Positions 60,990 to 64,000 of a DNA stretch of 64,000 nt are shown one piece after another. Position numbers and translations under genes: made by a program. The notes beneath the pieces are model-generated. The model was not told the origin of the DNA and did no database searches. It was given only the letters and a program-made list of their open reading frames with translations. Where the stretch lies: NCBI RefSeq assembly GCF_004010195.1, contig NC_057718.1, positions 17,337,875 through 17,401,874 of the forward strand. The letters run 5' to 3'. This DNA comes from Chiloscyllium plagiosum. Lineage: Eukaryota. Each line of letters opens with the position of its first letter. Positions within the stretch are counted from its first letter, which is position 1.

Positions 60990-63485
60990 ACCTCTAAATA
61001 CAGGGAGATAGTGAGGAAAAAGATCAATCAGACTGGTACAGTTGAGAACAAAGGCGAGTTAAACAGTCAGGGCAGGCAGGGACAAAGCAGAGAACCAGGT
61101 AGGACTGATAAATTGAACTGCATTTATTTCAATGCACGAGGCCTAACCGGGAAGGCAGATGAACTTGGGGCATGGTTAGGAACATGGGAGTGGGAAAGCA
61201 TAGCAATTACGGAAACATAGTTCAGGGATGTACAGGAGGGGCTTTGGAAATGCGATAGGTGGAGGGAGGTCAAGGTAAGGGTGATAGGCAGGAGTGGGGT
61301 GGGGGCGGAGAGGTCAGGAAGATGATTGCAGGTTAGGAAGGCGGTGCTGAGTTCAAGGGATTTGACTGAGACAAGGTGGGGGGAGGGGAAATGAGGAAAC
61401 TGGAGAAATCTGAGTTCATCCCTTGTGGTTGGAGAGTTCCCAGGCAGAAGATGAGGCGCTCTTCCTCCAACCGTCGTGTTGCCATGGACTGGCGATGGAG
61501 GAGTCCAAGGACCTGCATGTTATATTATATTATAGACGCCCTAATAGTCGGAGGGAAGTTGAGAAACAAATTTGTAAGGAGCTCTGTTATCTGTAAGAAT
61601 AATAGGGTGGTTATGGTAGGGGATTTTAACTTTCCAGACATAGAATGGGACTGCCATCGCGTTAAGGGTTTAGATAGAGAGAGGAATTTGTTAAATGTGT
61701 ACAAGAAAATTTTCTGATTCAGTATGTGGATGTACCTACTAGAGAGGGTGCAAAACGTGACCTACTCTTGGGAAATAAGGCGAGGCAGGTGACTGAGGTG
61801 CCAGTGGGGGAGCACTTTGGGGCCAGCAACCATAATTCCATTAAATTTAAAGTAGTGGTGGTAAAGGATAGACCAGATCTAAAAGTTGAAGTTCTAAATT
61901 GGAGAAAGGCAAATTTTGACGGTATTAGGCAAGAACTTTCGAAAGCTGACTGGTGGCAGATGTTTGCAGGTAAATAGACGGCTGGAAAATGGGAAGCCTT
62001 CAGAAATGAGATAACGAGAGTCCAGAGAAAGTACATTCCTGTTAAGGTGAAATGAAAGGCTGGTAGGTATAGGGAATGATGGATGACTAAAGAAATTGAG
62101 GGTTTGGTTAAGAAAACGAAGGAAGCATATATGTCAGGTATAGTCAGGATAGATCAAGTGAATCCTTAGAAGAATATAAAGGCAGTAGGAGGATACTTAA
62201 GAGAGAAATCAGGAGGGCAAAAAGGGGACATGAGATAGCTTTGGCAGCTAAGATTAAGGAGAATCCAAAGGGCTTTTACAAATATATTAAGGGCAAAAGG
62301 GTAACTAGGGAGAGAATAGGGCCCCTCAAAGGTCAGCAAGGCGGCCTTTGTGTGGAGCCGCAGGAGAGGGGGGAGATACTAAATGAGTATTTTGTATCAA
62401 TATTTACTGTAGAAAAGGACATGGAAGACATATAATGTCGGGAAATATATAGTGATATCTTTAAAAATGTCTATAATACAGAGGAGGAAGTGCTGGATGT
62501 CTTGAAACACACATAAAAGTGGATAAATCCCAAGGACCTGATCAGGTGTACCCTAGAACTCTGTGGGAAGCTAGAGAATTGATTGCTGGGCCTCTTACTG
62601 TGATATTTGTATCATCAATAGTCACAGGTGAGGTGCCAGAAGACTGGAGGTTGGCTAACGTGGTGCCACTGTTTACGAAGGATGGTCAGGACAAGCCAGG
62701 GAACTATAGACCAGTGAGCCTGACGCTGGTGGGCAAGTTGTTGGAGGGAATCCTGAGGGACAGGATGTACATGTATTTGGAAAGGCGAAGACTGATTAGG
62801 GGTAGTCAATATGACTTTGTGCGTGGGAAATCATGTCTCGCAAACTTGATTTGAGTTTTTTGAAGAAGTAACAAAGGGAATTGATGAGGGCAGAGCGGTG
62901 AACGTGATCTGTATGGACTTCAGTAAGGCGTTTGACAAGATTCCCCATGGGAAACTGGTTAGCAAGGTTAGATCTTATGGAATAGAGGGAACACTAGCCA
63001 TTTGGATACAAAACTGGCTCAAAAGAAGAAGACAGAAGGTGGTGCTGGTGAAGGGTTGTTTTTCAGACTGGAGACCTGTGACCAGTGGAGTGCCACAAGG
63101 ATTGGTGCTGGGTCCATTACTTTTCTTCATTTACACAAACAATTTGGATGTGCGCATAAGAGGTATAGTTAGTAAGTTTGCAGATGACACCAAAATTGGA
63201 GGTGTAATGGACAGCGAAGAAGTTTACCCCAGATTACAACGGGATCTTGATCAGATGGGCGAGTGGGCTGAGAAGTGGCAGATGGAGTTTAATTTAGATA
63301 AATGTGAGGTGCTGCATTTTGAGAAAGCAAATCTTAGCAGGACTTATACACTTAATAGTAAGGTCCTAGGGAGTGTTGATGAACAAAGAGAACTTGGAGT
63401 TCAGATTCATAGCTCCTTGAAAGTGGAGTCGCAGGTAGATAGGATAGTGAAGAAGGCATTTGGTATGCTTTCCTTTATTGGTTAG
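60990..63485 (+). mobile_element. CR1 (HER1-like) LINE ORF2, decayed, 3' end missing
   Basis: CIYFNARGL, IAITET and VGDFNFP (APE); NYRPVSLT, MDFSKAFDKIPH and KFADDTK (RT). Confidence 0.95.
61233..61520 (-). mobile_element. Penelope-like fragment (GIY-YIG C-terminus plus 3' UTR) interrupting the CR1 APE domain
   Basis: Minus ORF VLGLLHRQSMATRRLEEERLIFCLGTLQPQGMNSDF; its pyrimidine-rich UTR resembles 19600-19760 and 55606-55700. Confidence 0.8.
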
Positions 63486-63664
63486 GAGTTGGGAGTGCTC
63501 TGGTTTCCTCCCGCAGTCCAAAGATGTGCAGGTCAGGTGAATTGGCCTATTCCCCTAAGTCACTGCACGTGAAGAATTTCAGATTTGACATATAAAAGTT
63601 ACACAATAGGAAAACCGCTTAAGAAACTTTCATGGCCACAACAACATGTATGCTGGAGTATGCA

Positions 63665-63995
63665 GGGGTGGCATGGTGGCACAGTGATTAGCACTGTTGC
63701 CTAATAGCATCATGGCCCCAAGTTCAATTCCAGACTTTTCTGGAGTTTGCATATTCTCCCCATGTAAGTGTGGCTTTCAACTGGATGCTCTGGTTTCCAC
63801 CCACAGTCCAAAAATGCAGGTTAGGCCGAATTGGCCATGCTAAATTGCCCTGTAGTGCCTAGGAATGTGCAGGCTAAGTGGATTACCCATGGTAAATGTG
63901 GGGTTATAGGGATGGGGTGGGGAGTGGGTGTGGGTGGGATGCTGTTTGGCGGGTTGGTGCAGACTCAATAGGCCTAACGGCTACTATCTGCAATT
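63665..63995 (+). mobile_element. HE1/V-SINE type SINE (a partial copy also at about 63495-63548)
   Basis: GGGGTGGCATGGTGGCACAGTGATTAGCACTG...GGAGTTTGCATATTCTCCCC...TTGGCCATGCTAAATTGCCC. Confidence 0.85.
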
Positions 63996-64000
63996 TAGGG

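Larger units (their letters stand above)
22261..64000 (+). other. FEZ2: FEZ2 intron 1 (partial, more than 41 kb)
   Basis: Starts GTGAGT. I found no sequence encoding the expected next exon (IWNALTDNY-like) in the rest of the window. Confidence 0.7.

Noticed and set aside
63665..63740. tRNA genes at SINE heads
   Set aside because: A/B boxes are present, but there is no intact cloverleaf and they continue into SINE bodies.
1..64000. CRISPR array or prokaryotic defence/RT system
   Set aside because: The sequence is vertebrate, there is no regularly spaced repeat-spacer array, and all RT motifs belong to decayed CR1 LINEs.

Overview
This is eukaryotic, repeat-rich vertebrate DNA, most likely from a shark (inferred from HE1/V-SINE-type SINEs, HER1-like CR1 LINEs and the Penelope-like families). 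It has four assembly gaps. The only host gene I can support is the CpG-island promoter and first coding exon of an UNC-76/FEZ family gene, best matching FEZ2 (ATG 21935, donor GA|GTGAGT at 22260/22261). No exon 2 is visible, so intron 1 runs more than 41 kb to the window end. The rest is a mosaic of decayed CR1 and L2 LINEs, SINEs, solo LTRs and Tc1/mariner-type MITEs. The most striking pattern is about 18 Penelope-like (GIY-YIG) retroelement pieces from at least four families. Most carry a minimal hammerhead ribozyme motif (CUGAnGA-stem II-GAA-palindromic ACGU/AGCU-H) or lie just downstream of where it would be. About ten are fold-back insertions (arms from about 22 bp to 1.2 kb) with a one-sided 27-45 nt tail, and several have roughly 12-bp target-site duplications. 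The PLE-hammerhead association is established; the miniature hairpin form, breakpoints clustering at the ribozyme and CpG-driven ribozyme loss are my observations or inferences. Other oddities are a 361-bp duplication flanking a short CR1 tail, two reconstructable micro-inversions, a near-identical 203-bp tract in two diverged CR1 copies, and a triple nested insertion. All family assignments are by eye and from memory; no searches were run.
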